DNA from: Rhizaria sp. SCN 62-66
Taxonomy: Eukaryota
Assembly (NCBI GenBank): GCA_001724265.1
Contig: MEDY01000331.1
Span: 1-33,263, forward strand
Length of the DNA: 33,263 nucleotides
Direction of reading: 5' to 3'
Position numbers and translations under genes: made by a program
Part shown: positions 33,263 through 33,263 of the stretch, piece by piece
Layout of the letters: each line of letters opens with the position of its first letter
How positions within the stretch are numbered: position 1 is the first letter of the stretch
Notes under the pieces: model-generated
Seen by the model: the letters and a program-made list of their open reading frames with translations, nothing else
Told to the model about the DNA's origin: nothing
The model's database searches: none

Positions 33263-33263
33263 C

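Noticed and set aside
1-33263. tRNA, rRNA, transposase or viral hallmark genes
   Set aside because: None recognisable by eye; a covariance-model scan would be needed to exclude small RNAs.

Overview
Compact eukaryotic (protist-like) genomic DNA: very GC-rich exons, AT-richer GT-AG introns of about 60-190 nt, short intergenic gaps. Ten genes or gene fragments in order: 3' end of ribosomal protein eL18 (+), a selenoprotein K-like gene (+), a ~3,600-aa spatacsin/SPG11-like gene (-), zeta-COP (-), ARFRP1 (-), PAF1 (+), a FIT/PAP2-fold membrane enzyme (+), a 7TM GPCR-like receptor (-), a full-length ABCB1/MDR transporter (+), and the Cys-rich 3' end of a gene entering from the right edge (-). Nearly all proteins carry Ala/Gly/Ser/Asp-rich low-complexity insertions. 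Top observations: (1) an in-frame TAG interrupts the ARFRP1 GTPase domain while none of the nine clearly placed gene ends uses TAG; (2) the last gene's 3' UTR holds an array of four strand-specific, covarying RNA hairpins, one split by an insertion; (3) the spatacsin homologue appears to lack both termini and has an acidic Tyr-rich tail; (4) most start codons sit just downstream of a splice acceptor (5' UTR introns or trans-splicing). Family assignments are from recalled motifs, not database searches.
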